Shown: positions 63,902-64,000 of the stretch, in pieces
Position numbering within the stretch: the first letter of the stretch is position 1
How the letters are laid out: every line of letters begins with the position of its first letter
Assembly (NCBI GenBank): GCA_964429995.1
Contig: CAYSDY010000003.1
Location: 49,241-113,240, forward strand
Reading direction: 5' to 3'
Source: an uncultured Methanosarcinales archaeon
GTDB taxonomy: Archaea > Nanobdellota > Nanobdellia > Woesearchaeales > UBA583
Length of the DNA: 64,000 nucleotides
Notes under the pieces: generated by a model
Told to the model about the DNA's origin: nothing
Database searches by the model: none
Seen by the model: only the letters and a program-made list of their open reading frames with translations
Position numbers and translations under genes: made by a program

Positions 63902-64000
63902 TTATTTACTCTTGTTTTTTGATTTATAGGTAAGATTGTCAAAATTTTTTAATTTTTCAAGTTCTCCTAAAAATTCATTCATAGAACCGTAATGGTTGTG
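63902..64000 (-). CDS. 3' end of a hypothetical gene running off the window
   Basis: The minus-strand frame is open from the window edge to a TAA at 63902-63904 (..HNHYGSMNEFLGELEKLKNFDNLTYKSKNKSK*). Confidence 0.3.
   Translation of the reverse strand, partial: HNHYGSMNEFLGELEKLKNFDNLTYKSKNKSK

Overview
This is a very AT-rich archaeal chromosome segment. The archaeal assignment rests on FEN-1, RFC large subunit, Cbf5, ArgRS, SerRS and an archaeal-type pilin head, plus TTTATAAA-type TATA boxes about 25-35 nt upstream of start codons, which implies mostly leaderless mRNAs. The salvage-type gene content suggests a small-genome DPANN-like lineage, but lineage cannot be proven from this window. 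I support about 60 CDS and three tRNAs (Val-GAC, Thr-GGU, Arg-UCG). Other elements are a decayed IS element, a RelE/antitoxin cassette bounded by a GC-core inverted repeat, two related GC-enriched non-coding blocks, a 3-copy MITE-like repeat of about 245 bp, and a 3-copy 3'-end (terminator-like) module. There is also a roughly 10-kb Type I restriction-modification island whose genes use GGAGGT Shine-Dalgarno sites, unlike the rest of the window. The most unusual locus is 41.6-48.0 kb. It holds three tandem paralogs that fuse an archaeal type IV pilin-like N-terminus to Cys-repeat modules and a large glycine-rich domain ending in VIIRYAIN. They lie downstream of an enlarged A24 prepilin peptidase. 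Two paralogs share an 825-bp near-identical 5' block with divergent 3' cassettes, and the third is frameshifted. Other candidates for follow-up are a HerA-like ATPase with a long C-terminal extension and an unknown partner, an orphan encapsulated-ferritin gene, a rhomboid protease coupled to a Cys-rich membrane protein, and a TM/AbiTii-like gene inside the R-M operon bracketed by 17-nt direct repeats. All functional calls come from motif recognition by eye. No database search was run.
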